Assembly: GCF_000011465.1 (NCBI RefSeq)
Contig: NC_005072.1
Coordinates: 660,001 to 692,000 of the forward strand
Direction of reading: 5' to 3'
Length of the DNA stretch: 32,000 nucleotides
DNA from: Prochlorococcus marinus subsp. pastoris str. CCMP1986
Lineage (GTDB): Bacteria > Cyanobacteriota > Cyanobacteriia > PCC-6307 > Cyanobiaceae
Positions within the stretch are counted from its first letter, which is position 1, and each line of letters begins with the position of its first letter. The translations under genes were made by a program, and so were the position numbers. The notes under the pieces are model-generated. The model had not been told where the DNA came from and ran no database searches. It saw nothing but the letters and a program-made list of their open reading frames with translations. Below, one piece after another: positions 1 through 8,057 of this stretch.

Positions 1-75
1 ATTGCCTGTTAAAACTAAACCATAGTATGCAATAGTTCCAAGAATTAAAACTATACCCAATACTCGAATAATCAT
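1..75 (-). CDS. 5' end of a small hydrophobic protein; partial, runs off the left edge
   Basis: The reverse complement of 1-75 reads MIIRVLGIVLILGTIAYYGLVLTGN from an ATG at 75-73, with no stop before the edge. Only 25 codons are visible. Confidence 0.25.
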   Translation of the reverse strand, partial: MIIRVLGIVLILGTIAYYGLVLTGN

Positions 76-181
76 TTTTAATAATATTTAATTTTGAATA
101 ATATTAAAAATAAATCAATGAGTAAAATAATTGTATTATTTTTTAATCTTATGAATTGTTAAAAATTTATTTTCTCATTCC

Positions 182-397
182 TCATTCTTTTTTTTTTTGA
201 TTCCTAGCCAATGAGTGACATGATTCTGGATGCCACTCATGTTGGATTCTTGCAATGAAATCATAAATAAAAGAATCAGGACATTCCGTTATTTCTTGAA
301 GCTCAGAAAGTTCCCCTTTAATAAATTCATAAACACTTGAAACTATTCCAATATTTTGTTCATAAGTAGGTTCCCAAGTTTCAGATTCCTTTTTCAT
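182..397 (-). CDS. hypothetical acidic 71-aa protein
   Basis: ORF track. Its start overlaps the stop of the upstream ORF (394-585) by 4 nt, suggesting coupled translation. No recognisable motif. Confidence 0.5.
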   Translation of the reverse strand: MKKESETWEPTYEQNIGIVSSVYEFIKGELSELQEITECPDSFIYDFIARIQHEWHPESCHSLARNQKKKE

Positions 398-585
398 GTA
401 TTTGTTTTTTCTCTTTTCTTATCTTCTATAATATCGTAATAAATGATATCTCCATAATCAGCATCTGAACAACATATATCTCCATATATTTTATCTAATA
501 AATCATAAGCATCTGCAAAGTTTGAAAAAGTTTGCGATGTGACATCATCTTCTTTTCCATCAATTCTTATAATTTTATAATTCAT
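394..585 (-). CDS. hypothetical acidic 63-aa protein
   Basis: ORF track. It overlaps the downstream ORF by 4 nt and is rich in D/E/Y. No recognisable motif. Confidence 0.5.
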   Translation of the reverse strand: MNYKIIRIDGKEDDVTSQTFSNFADAYDLLDKIYGDICCSDADYGDIIYYDIIEDKKREKTNT

Positions 586-633
586 GAAAAAATTCTCTTA
601 AACTAAACTAAATTTACTATGAAGCTTAAATTT

Positions 634-837
634 TTATTTAAGAGATTTAGGGTATAGCTTCTCAATCTTGTCTTTTTGTTTTTGTAATTTCTTTTTCTTA
701 TAATTTTCTGACAAAGTTCTTCGAATTAGTAATTGTGGGATTAGCCATATCAATGCTATTGCGAAAGCCATAAAAACAGGATTTCTCCAAGTAAGTCTAA
801 TTAATTCTTGAGTAAATTCTTGATTTAAGATCTCCAT
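634..837 (-). CDS. hypothetical small membrane protein (67 aa)
   Basis: One hydrophobic helix (NPVFMAFAIALIWLIPQLLI) is followed by a K-rich tail. It sits 3 nt downstream of the 841-1110 ORF on the same strand. Confidence 0.5.
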   Translation of the reverse strand: MEILNQEFTQELIRLTWRNPVFMAFAIALIWLIPQLLIRRTLSENYKKKKLQKQKDKIEKLYPKSLK

Positions 838-840
838 GAA

Positions 841-1110
841 TTAATCTTCTGAAAGTAATTCATTGTTGGGAAATTTATCTTTAATTTTTAAAAGATATTC
901 TTGTAAGTTTTCTTTGTTATCGGAACACATTTTTTCTAATGACCTTTCCATAAATTTGTTTAAACCTTTACCCTCCAATCCTAAAGACTTTGTTCCGGAT
1001 GCATACATCATTACTAATAATACCTTTGCTTCGTTCTCAGTCATCCAAGCATGCGATGCTATTAATCTATAAATTCTGTCTAATGGACTTTTACTTTCTG
1101 ACATTTTCAA
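841..1110 (-). CDS. hypothetical 89-aa protein
   Basis: ORF track. It is the first of four tightly packed co-directional small ORFs. Confidence 0.55.
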   Translation of the reverse strand: MKMSESKSPLDRIYRLIASHAWMTENEAKVLLVMMYASGTKSLGLEGKGLNKFMERSLEKMCSDNKENLQEYLLKIKDKFPNNELLSED

Positions 1111-1207
1111 ATTATAACTAAAATCCTTTCCATTACACCAAATGAATTCGGAATTAAATTTTTTTTTAGGGCTTCAGAAATTATAATATTTGAAATTATC
1201 TAAAAAT

Positions 1208-1873
1208 ATGTCTACTTACCTCATAACTGGTTCAAATAGAGGAATTGGATTGGAATTATGTAAACAAATAATTGAGAGAGGAGATGAGGTAATAGCTACC
1301 TGTAGAGAGGCTTCTTCAGATTTAAAAAACTTGGGTGTAAGAATTGAAGAAGATATTGATATTTCTTCAGAGGATTCAATCAATAATTTAAGGCAATCAC
1401 TATCAGGGGTTGAATTAGATTGTTTAATTCATAATGCAGGTATTTATGAATTTAATTCGATTGATAATTTTGATCATGAAAGTATTATTCGTCAATTTGT
1501 AGTAAATGCTTTAAGTCCTCTTTCTATGACTAGATCACTGAAAGGTCTTTTTAAAAAATATTCAAAGATTGGTTTTATCACGAGCAGAATGGGATCCATT
1601 GGTGATAATTCATCCGGGAGCTCCTATGGTTATAGGATGTCTAAAGTAGCTTTATCCATGGCAGCGAAATCACTTTCAAGAGATTTGTTAAAAGAAGAAA
1701 TTTATGTTGCTATTTTGCATCCAGGCTTAGTAAGTACTCGTATGACTGGATTTACAAAAAATGGTATATCTACAGAAGAATCCGCAAATGGACTCTTAAA
1801 ACGTATCGACTCTCTTAATAAAAATAATACTGGGACATTTTGGCATACTAATGGAGAGATTTTGCCTTGGTAG
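1208..1873 (+). CDS. short-chain dehydrogenase/reductase (SDR) family oxidoreductase
   Basis: It has the TGSNRGIG cofactor motif (TGxxxGIG), an NAG motif (HNAGI) and the catalytic YxxxK (YGYRMSK). The track start at 1190 is TTG. I prefer the ATG at 1208, which gives MSTYLITG. Confidence 0.85.
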   Translation: MSTYLITGSNRGIGLELCKQIIERGDEVIATCREASSDLKNLGVRIEEDIDISSEDSINNLRQSLSGVELDCLIHNAGIYEFNSIDNFDHESIIRQFVVNALSPLSMTRSLKGLFKKYSKIGFITSRMGSIGDNSSGSSYGYRMSKVALSMAAKSLSRDLLKEEIYVAILHPGLVSTRMTGFTKNGISTEESANGLLKRIDSLNKNNTGTFWHTNGEILPW

Positions 1874-2007
1874 ATTTAATTTATTTTCTTGAACTCTGGC
1901 TTATAAAAAATGATTTGTTAAAAAAGCTTTAAATTTTAATATATTTAGTTTCTTTATTAAATCATGTTGGTTATGTTAGAGAAAATATTAGTAAAGGAGG
2001 TGATTCA

Positions 2008-2130
2008 TTGTCGTATCTACCGAAAATTACGGTTACAGAAGAGACCGTGAAATCAGTATCTACAACCTGTTCATTGGTCTCTTATTCTTTAATAAAGAAG
2101 AAAGGTTTTATTATTAATAGATTTATATAA
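2008..2130 (+). CDS. possible 40-codon ORF with TTG start behind an unusually long Shine-Dalgarno match
   Basis: AAAGGAGGTGAT at about 1993-2004 lies just upstream of a TTG at 2008. The frame stays open to a TAA at 2128-2130, and a terminator-like hairpin follows at 2154-2190. The translation is LSYLPKITVTEETVKSVSTTCSLVSYSLIKKKGFIINRFI. It could instead be part of a non-coding RNA. Confidence 0.25.
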   Translation: MSYLPKITVTEETVKSVSTTCSLVSYSLIKKKGFIINRFI

Positions 2131-2153
2131 AAACAACCAAAATTAATATTAAA

Positions 2154-2190
2154 AGCTCTGTTTCTCTTGAAGTGACAGGGCTTTTTTATT
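2154..2190. terminator. stem-loop with T-run between convergent transcription units
   Basis: AGCTCTGT (2154-2161) pairs with ACAGGGCT (2175-2182), followed by TTTTTTATTT. On the + strand the stem has one G-U pair. On the - strand it has an A-C mismatch and is followed by TTTT. Confidence 0.55.
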
Positions 2191-2914
2191 TGCTTAGTAA
2201 ATTAAAAAGTTTATTTATTAATTCCTTTCTTTTTAAGATTGTTTTTTCTCCATACTGTTTATCCTCCTCCCTTAGAATTGACTGACCCTTTGGACCTAAT
2301 CCTTTGGTTATAAATAATTTATTCTCATTTATCCATCTTTCGGTCATTTCCTTTTTTAACTCGACATGGAATTGTAAACCGTAAGCTAAATCCCCAATCT
2401 TAAAAAATTGCTCTTTACAACGGATACTACTGGCTATGAGTTCGGCATTTTTTGGTAATAAAATTCTATCGCCATGCCAATGGAGGACATGAAAAGGAGT
2501 TTCACAAAATTTCTTAAAGTCATTATTTGATTGATTAAAAAAAACTTGAGACCATCCAATTTCTGGTAAAGGTTTAGGAGGAGATCCTTGTTTTAAAATT
2601 TCGACATCTCCTGCTGCTGCGTTTGCTAATAACTGAGCTCCTAAGCAAACTCCGATAATTCTTGTCTTTTTTTTTAATTCTGAATTTATAAAATCGCTTT
2701 CTTTTTTTAGCCATGGATATTTTGTGCTCCCAATATCTTTGACTCCCATTGGTCCACCCATTATTAAAAGTAAATCGTCTTTATTAGTTTTAGGTAGGTC
2801 ATCACCTTGGTCCAGACGGATGATTTCTATATTCATCTCCCTCTCCTTAGCTATCTGATAAAAAAGCCCTGGTCCTTCGATTTCTAAATGTTGTAAAACT
2901 AATAACCTTTTCAT
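2186..2914 (-). CDS. class-I glutamine amidotransferase (GuaA-like GATase1 domain protein)
   Basis: Nucleophile-elbow motif GVCLGAQLLA and a downstream HWHGD/FHVE His/Glu region. The size of 242 aa fits. Confidence 0.85.
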   Translation of the reverse strand: MKRLLVLQHLEIEGPGLFYQIAKEREMNIEIIRLDQGDDLPKTNKDDLLLIMGGPMGVKDIGSTKYPWLKKESDFINSELKKKTRIIGVCLGAQLLANAAAGDVEILKQGSPPKPLPEIGWSQVFFNQSNNDFKKFCETPFHVLHWHGDRILLPKNAELIASSIRCKEQFFKIGDLAYGLQFHVELKKEMTERWINENKLFITKGLGPKGQSILREEDKQYGEKTILKRKELINKLFNLLSK

Positions 2915-3180
2915 TTGTAATTTTTAATCAGAAGTCAATTAACAAATTTTATTTATGACATAATTAAAAAATTAATTAATGATGTTTATTTTGTTTTACC
3001 AAAATATATCAAAGCTAAAAAAGAAATTGTACTTACGATTGCTATTAAATACCAACCTGACGATGAGTTGCTAGAAATTTCTGACATTTATTATGGGGAT
3101 TTTTCTGAAGACTTAACTATTTGGGAAAAAATTAGTAATGAGGCTAATAAAAATATCAAAAGTATATATGTGATGTTCAT

Positions 3181-3435
3181 TTATAGAAATATACTTACGA
3201 TGAGAAAAATAATTCCAATAACTACAGCAACGATAGCCCCGTCAACTAATAAGTCTTTCCATGTGTAACTATTTAGCATTTTTATTTTATCCTCCTCACT
3301 CATTAAATTCTTAAGCCACGTCCAGTCTAAAATTTGCGTTAAGGCTATAGCAAATACCAAATGACCAACCAAAATACCAATTAGGTCAATACGAGATATT
3401 TCTTTAGTAAAACTTGTGATACTAAAAATTTCCAC
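3181..3435 (-). CDS. hypothetical membrane protein (84 aa, two hydrophobic segments)
   Basis: ORF track. Hydrophobic helices LIGILVGHLVFAIALTQIL and GAIVAVVIGIIFLIVSIFL. It abuts the upstream ORF with a 1-nt overlap. Confidence 0.5.
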   Translation of the reverse strand: MEIFSITSFTKEISRIDLIGILVGHLVFAIALTQILDWTWLKNLMSEEDKIKMLNSYTWKDLLVDGAIVAVVIGIIFLIVSIFL

Positions 3436-3662
3436 TATTTTTTATTTTTATTAGAAAGAGCGCCACCTTCCTTTTTATACTTGTCCCAGGCTTCACTTAT
3501 TTTTGCTTTTGAAAAACTTTCTTTACTTTCTTTCAATTTGTTTTTTAGCCCATTAAAACTATTCGAAAGCTCTTTTTTTGTTGGCTCATCAAGAAATTTT
3601 GAAGTGAGTTTCCAGAGATACCAGCTACTAGCGGCGAGTAAAATTAAACCTAATAATTGCAT
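3435..3662 (-). CDS. hypothetical 75-aa protein with an N-terminal TM helix
   Basis: MQLLGLILLAASSWYLW is followed by a K/E-rich tail. It is adjacent to the 3181-3435 ORF. Confidence 0.5.
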   Translation of the reverse strand: MQLLGLILLAASSWYLWKLTSKFLDEPTKKELSNSFNGLKNKLKESKESFSKAKISEAWDKYKKEGGALSNKNKK

Positions 3663-3761
3663 ATGATTAGTTTTTTATCATCCTACAACTATTTAAATGG
3701 AAACGATATTCTCAGACTGAAAAAAATTAGAATTTATATCTCAAATGATTAAAATTTTTCT

Positions 3762-3917
3762 TTAAAACTTTAACCAGTGAAAAAATATTCTTTCTAACAA
3801 CCATATGGTTAATCCACCTTCAATAAAAGCTAGCCAATACATTCCATAATCTGAAAACCCCATCTGCTCTTTAACCGTACTTATTATCTTTTTATGAGCT
3901 TGAATGAGATCTTTCAT
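3762..3917 (-). CDS. possible 51-aa small membrane protein (below the track cut-off)
   Basis: Hand translation gives MKDLIQAHKKIISTVKEQMGFSDYGMYWLAFIEGGLTIWLLERIFFHWLKF. It runs from an ATG at 3917-3915 to a stop at 3764-3762. Confidence 0.3.
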   Translation of the reverse strand: MKDLIQAHKKIISTVKEQMGFSDYGMYWLAFIEGGLTIWLLERIFFHWLKF

Positions 3918-3939
3918 TTTTAATTAAATATTGAAAGAG

Positions 3940-4191
3940 TTAAAATCTTTGGATCTCTTCCATCAAAAAACCTTTTCCGTAACAGCAAAGACAAGTTCTG
4001 GCTTCGTCTAATGAGATTCTTAAGTAACCTACACCATTGCATTTGATGCAATTAGTCTTGGTTTTAGAATAGATCTTGGAGTTGAGTTTAGCAGCTCTAT
4101 TCAAAAAAGAAACAGTTTCTTTGCGGCCATTGGCTTTATCTGCTTTGTTTAAAAGCTTTTTGTAATTTACTTTTAATTCTTTTATGGTCAT
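3940..4191 (-). CDS. small DnaJ-type zinc-finger protein (two CxxCxGxG motifs)
   Basis: CIKCNGVG and CLCCYGKG lie in the C-terminal half, after a basic N-terminus. Confidence 0.6.
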   Translation of the reverse strand: MTIKELKVNYKKLLNKADKANGRKETVSFLNRAAKLNSKIYSKTKTNCIKCNGVGYLRISLDEARTCLCCYGKGFLMEEIQRF

Positions 4192-4507
4192 GGGTTCAAA
4201 CGTGGAATGATTGTACTAAAGATTGATTGGGTAGAAAATATTAAGTATTTTCTAGAAAAATTCAAAATGAATATATATTTAATCTCAACATGAGATTTAT
4301 TTAATATAACTACTTTTAATTACTATCGTAAGTGTTAAACCTTGATATTATTGGATTTAACAGAAAATTTATATTTTCAATTTTCAAGTTTCTTAGATAT
4401 CCGTAAAATAAAATTAATATTGTTTGAATTTGCGTAAAGTTATTTTTGGACTCTATCTAATAAAAGATTACTAATGGAATATTGTAATTTTAAAAATAAT
4501 TAAATTA

Positions 4508-4648
4508 TCAAGCAGCTCTATAAGAACCGCTTGGTCTTTTAAGACTCTTTAATAAACGATCGTTTTCTTCAGTAAGAATATCAAGATTAGATTTTTTAAA
4601 ATCTTTTTGCATATCAGATGATTGTTTCTTAATTGTTTTTTCAATCAT
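4508..4648 (-). CDS. possible 46-aa ORF
   Basis: Hand translation gives MIEKTIKKQSSDMQKDFKKSNLDILTEENDRLLKSLKRPSGSYRAA. The only support is that the frame is open. Confidence 0.2.
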   Translation of the reverse strand: MIEKTIKKQSSDMQKDFKKSNLDILTEENDRLLKSLKRPSGSYRAA

Positions 4649-5180
4649 TGAATTCTAAGATCTAGGAAAACCAACTTTGATCTTATCGTTCCTAAAAGAA
4701 TTCCGCGTGACATTTTTTACAAAAAAGCTTATATTTTATTTCGCACATAGAAAAGTGAATTAAATCTACAACTTGTGGAAAAACCTGTTGAAAAATGGTT
4801 AAAAAGTGGATAACTCATGGGGATCATGATAAAAACAGGGTTTTTTGGCTTATTTTCTGAGTATTAATACTGCATCAATAAATTATTAAATGTAGTTTAA
4901 TAATCAATAAAACTTACTGAAACAACAATGGGATCATTCCTTTTCTAAAAAAAGATATTTTTATAAATAAAATTTTTTTCTAGTAAATCAAATACATATT
5001 TTTATTTGCAACATGTTTCAAAATGAAAATTTTATTAAAGGAAAATTTTACACCTAATAATATTTTTCAAATACTTTTTGTAAATTTGAAAAAAAAATAT
5101 GTTAATTCGGTTTTCTCTCTGGTTTAATTTTTCACATTCAAAATCAATCTAATAGATTAGGTCATATTCAAAAATTAAAA

Positions 5181-5417
5181 ATGACAGAAGAAAAAACAGA
5201 TTCTAAGAAATGTGGTGGAAAGAAAAAAATCATGTTTGCTTATGGTTTTATTCAACTTAGTTCTAGTTTCGTATCTGCAATAGCTTTAGCGGCAATTGCT
5301 TTTGGATTTTGCTCTATAAAAAAGGAATCTAAAGTATTTAATAATTGCGTAACTGAAATTGTAGAAAATGGTAGTACTAATGCAGAGGCAGTTAGATACT
5401 GCAACGGTGGCAATTAA
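5181..5417 (+). CDS. tri-cysteine small membrane protein (paralogue of 25369-25602)
   Basis: K-rich N-terminus, one TM helix (AYGFIQLSSSFVSAIALAAIAFGF), then FCS...NCV...YCNGG. About 44 of 77 positions are identical to the 25369-25602 product in an ungapped hand alignment. Confidence 0.7.
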   Translation: MTEEKTDSKKCGGKKKIMFAYGFIQLSSSFVSAIALAAIAFGFCSIKKESKVFNNCVTEIVENGSTNAEAVRYCNGGN

Positions 5418-5431
5418 ATTAGTTTAATTAA

Positions 5432-5674
5432 ATGAACTCTACTCATGGTTTTCTACTTGATTCTTTAAAAGAGGAACCAATTGGTGAGACAGTTAATTTT
5501 GTTTGGTACATAACTGATATCGGTATTGCTGCTCTTTTCAAGGGAAATGAAATTCTTAAGACTTATAACGTAAATGTTGAAATAGAGGCAAAAGATATAA
5601 GCCTTGATATCAGTAAGGAAGAGAAAGAATATTGTGAAATTGAAGATAAAAAACTTTTTATCTTTTATTCCTGA
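5432..5674 (+). CDS. hypothetical 80-aa protein
   Basis: ORF track. It starts 15 nt downstream of the preceding gene on the same strand. Confidence 0.5.
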   Translation: MNSTHGFLLDSLKEEPIGETVNFVWYITDIGIAALFKGNEILKTYNVNVEIEAKDISLDISKEEKEYCEIEDKKLFIFYS

Positions 5675-5688
5675 AGTAATTAGTTATG

Positions 5689-5880
5689 TCAATAGGATGG
5701 TTCTAAATTATAAGCTGACTCTTTGACACTCTTTTCACTAATTATCTCAAATGTAAGTTCTTCATTTAAGGCATTAATATAGGAAGTATAGAGTTTGCCC
5801 CAAACAAATTCAAACTCATCCTTACTAAGGTTTTTAAAAAGAATTTCTCCTTTAAAATAAATGTGATAAGAATCAAACAT
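5689..5880 (-). CDS. hypothetical 63-aa protein
   Basis: ORF track only. Confidence 0.4.
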   Translation of the reverse strand: MFDSYHIYFKGEILFKNLSKDEFEFVWGKLYTSYINALNEELTFEIISEKSVKESAYNLEPSY

Positions 5881-5978
5881 CTTGAAAAATTTTTTCTAAC
5901 CTTTTTTAACGCAGTTAGATATGTCTGACGTATTGATGGCTACTAAAAGAAAATTTAGAAAAAACTTCTTTATTTTTT

Positions 5979-6290
5979 TTAATCCATGCGGGTATTCATT
6001 TTTTCCTTCTTAAATAAAGACACAGTTTCATCAAGATCTAAACAAGGTTGAATATTAATATCCATAAGTCTTCTCCATGGATGCCATTGTTTCCAAATTG
6101 TTTCTAAAGAATCTGCACTAACAACGGAATGACCAATGCCATTTTGGATCATAAAAATCCATGAATGAACTTCGTAGTTCTCAGGTCTATTTTGAGGACC
6201 TCCCGATTCATACCAATTAATAAGCATTTCCCCTCCTTCTTCTTGATCTTCACCGTCTGCAAATTCATAAGAAATTAAATATCTTTGCAT
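5979..6290 (-). CDS. hypothetical 103-aa soluble protein
   Basis: ORF track. W/H-rich and non-repetitive (WYESGGPQNRPENYEVHSWIFM). No motif I can name with confidence. Confidence 0.55.
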   Translation of the reverse strand: MQRYLISYEFADGEDQEEGGEMLINWYESGGPQNRPENYEVHSWIFMIQNGIGHSVVSADSLETIWKQWHPWRRLMDINIQPCLDLDETVSLFKKEKMNTRMD

Positions 6291-6573
6291 GTAATTTAAA
6301 ATTTTTAATATTTAAGCTTGATAATACAGTATTGCCTTTCAATTACTTGATTGCTAAAAATCTAAAAGAATCCAGTCTTATTGATGATCCTAAGAATTGA
6401 AAAAATCAAAAAGAATATTTTAAGTAATTTTTTGTTTATAAATAAAACCATTTTTGAGTATTTTCAAAAACATGATCTTTTTGTCTGATTTGAAGCATGT
6501 AAAATTTTGACTTAAATTTTTTCTTACTAAGATCTATAATATTAAGTGAATTTATATAGTTGATAAGAAGTTC

Positions 6574-6960
6574 ATGAATAGAAAGTCAAATAATTCTAAT
6601 CCAACTGGAAATCTAGATTATGACAAGATTCTTGAGGAGGAAATAATTAATTCTTATGAAAATAAGTTTGAAGCTAATTCTAATATCAATAATAAAAACA
6701 AAAGATTTTACAGACTTAAAAGAACGCCTCTTGAAGTAATAAATAGATTATTTTTCTTTTTCTTTGTTGGAAGTTTTATATTCTCATTCTTTTTAGCTTA
6801 TTCAGAAAATAAAGTCTGGTTCATTATTTATTTAATTAGTGCATTCTCATGTATTTTTTATACTCCAAATAGAAAAGCCCTTAAGGAATTAATAGCAGCC
6901 TGGCCTAACATTGAAGATCTTATTAAAGGAAGAAGCTTGTGGAGGAAGGATAATAAATAA
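6574..6960 (+). CDS. hypothetical membrane protein (128 aa, two TM segments)
   Basis: Hydrophobic segments LFFFFFVGSFIFSFFLAY and VWFIIYLISAFSCIFY follow an N-rich N-terminus. Confidence 0.5.
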   Translation: MNRKSNNSNPTGNLDYDKILEEEIINSYENKFEANSNINNKNKRFYRLKRTPLEVINRLFFFFFVGSFIFSFFLAYSENKVWFIIYLISAFSCIFYTPNRKALKELIAAWPNIEDLIKGRSLWRKDNK

Positions 6961-7305
6961 TGAATCCAATTATTTTTTTTAAAAAGTGGTTATTAAATAT
7001 TCTTGTTCCTTATATTGAGGGATCTAAAAAGAAAAAGGAGAAAAAATAATAATGAATGCGGTTGGATTAGGAATAACAATTGAACTTTTTTTGTTAATTG
7101 GAGTAATGTTTTGGATAAAAAAATTGAAAAGTAATCAGAATAGACAACCCGCCTTATCAAAAAAAATTATAAAAAACCTAAAGTTTTAAAAATTTTAAAT
7201 AAAAATTTGTTTCAGAAAGATCAATTGGTTCAAGAAAATTAGTTTTCTTTTAGCTCTCACTTTGCATGAAAAATCAGTTAGAACATTGGAATAGTTTTTA
7301 ATAAG

Positions 7306-7659
7306 ATGACTTTTACAGCACAAGGCCTTGCTCCAGTAACAAACCCATTAAATAGTGTTTTAGTTGAAAAGAAGCTAATAAATTTTGATCAAAAATTTAT
7401 TCAACTCGTTTCTTTAGCTGAGGGTTTACCTAGAACTGAAGTCCTAGAAAGTGGTAAAAATTACTGGAGAGGTGTTTGCAGAAGTGCAATATTCAGATTT
7501 CCAGACGATCTTGAGATTTTAAAACTCGATGCAAGGAGTTATGTTGATAGGTCCAAAGGGATAATTCAAATAAGATCAGCGGCAAGATTAGGTCAATCAG
7601 ACTTAGGTGTTAATTTAAGAAGAGTAGAATATTTATTTAATCAATTAGAGAAATTTTAA
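7306..7659 (+). CDS. conserved hypothetical protein, possibly DUF1499-like
   Basis: The FRFPDDLEI and SAARLGQSDLGVNLRRVE segments resemble what I remember of DUF1499. The family assignment is from memory only. Confidence 0.6.
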   Translation: MTFTAQGLAPVTNPLNSVLVEKKLINFDQKFIQLVSLAEGLPRTEVLESGKNYWRGVCRSAIFRFPDDLEILKLDARSYVDRSKGIIQIRSAARLGQSDLGVNLRRVEYLFNQLEKF

Positions 7660-7744
7660 TTAGGTAATTAGTCTGATTTATATTTAGTTAAGGTTCTTTT
7701 TACTTTATAGATGTGCTTTAATTCGAAAGAATATTTGAACAGCC

Positions 7745-7876
7745 ATGGTGAAAATAATTTTAGTTGCGATTATTGTCGCTCTAGTATATTCTCAGCCTGA
7801 TTTACGTTTGACCGTAGCCGATTGGTTGAGATCAGCTTCTGATTTTTTAATTGAGTCAGTAAAAGTAAAACAATAA
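7745..7876 (+). CDS. possible 43-aa membrane peptide
   Basis: Hand translation gives MVKIILVAIIVALVYSQPDLRLTVADWLRSASDFLIESVKVKQ. The stretch has locally higher G+C than the flanks. Confidence 0.3.
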   Translation: MVKIILVAIIVALVYSQPDLRLTVADWLRSASDFLIESVKVKQ

Positions 7877-8057
7877 AGAATTGTTCTGAGAGATTTAAAT
7901 TACACCTGAAACAGAAAGCATTTGTTTAATGCATAATGCGACAAAAATAAATATTAATATCCGACTAAATATGTATTTCACAAAATTAATAAATTCTTTT
8001 AGATACATAATAGAAAAATATTGTGAAATTTTTGAATAGTTAACGATAATAAGAGAT

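Noticed and set aside
863-1072. 69-aa + strand ORF
   Set aside because: It lies entirely antisense to the better-supported 841-1110 ORF, and its translation looks like an AT-rich shadow frame.
1190-1207. Upstream non-ATG starts proposed by the ORF track: TTG at 1190 (SDR), TTG at 9385 (phoB), TTG at 20482 (arsR), GTG at 24989 (lipoprotein) and GTG at 21093
   Set aside because: In each case an in-frame ATG a few codons downstream gives a more canonical N-terminus: the TGxxxGIG spacing, GGAG before the phoB ATG, and the MKK signal peptide. The longer forms cannot be excluded without N-terminal data.
3068-3666. + strand ORFs 3068-3268 and 3481-3666
   Set aside because: They overlap the minus-strand membrane-protein ORFs (3181-3435 and 3435-3662). 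Those ORFs have coherent TM helices and abutting gene arrangement, so the + frames look like antisense artefacts.
4796-4815. Possible third copy of the repeat core (ATGGTTAAAAAGTGGATAAC versus ATGGTTAAGTAAAGTTAAAG)
   Set aside because: Only the first 8 nt match exactly and the rest needs a 2-nt gap. No matching -10 block follows at the conserved offset, so it is probably coincidence.
5101-5130. Pho box upstream of the 5181 tri-Cys gene
   Set aside because: The outer units have TTAA cores 22 nt apart, but the middle unit (TTTCTCTC) lacks the core. It is mentioned under the paralogue finding but is too weak to list as a feature.
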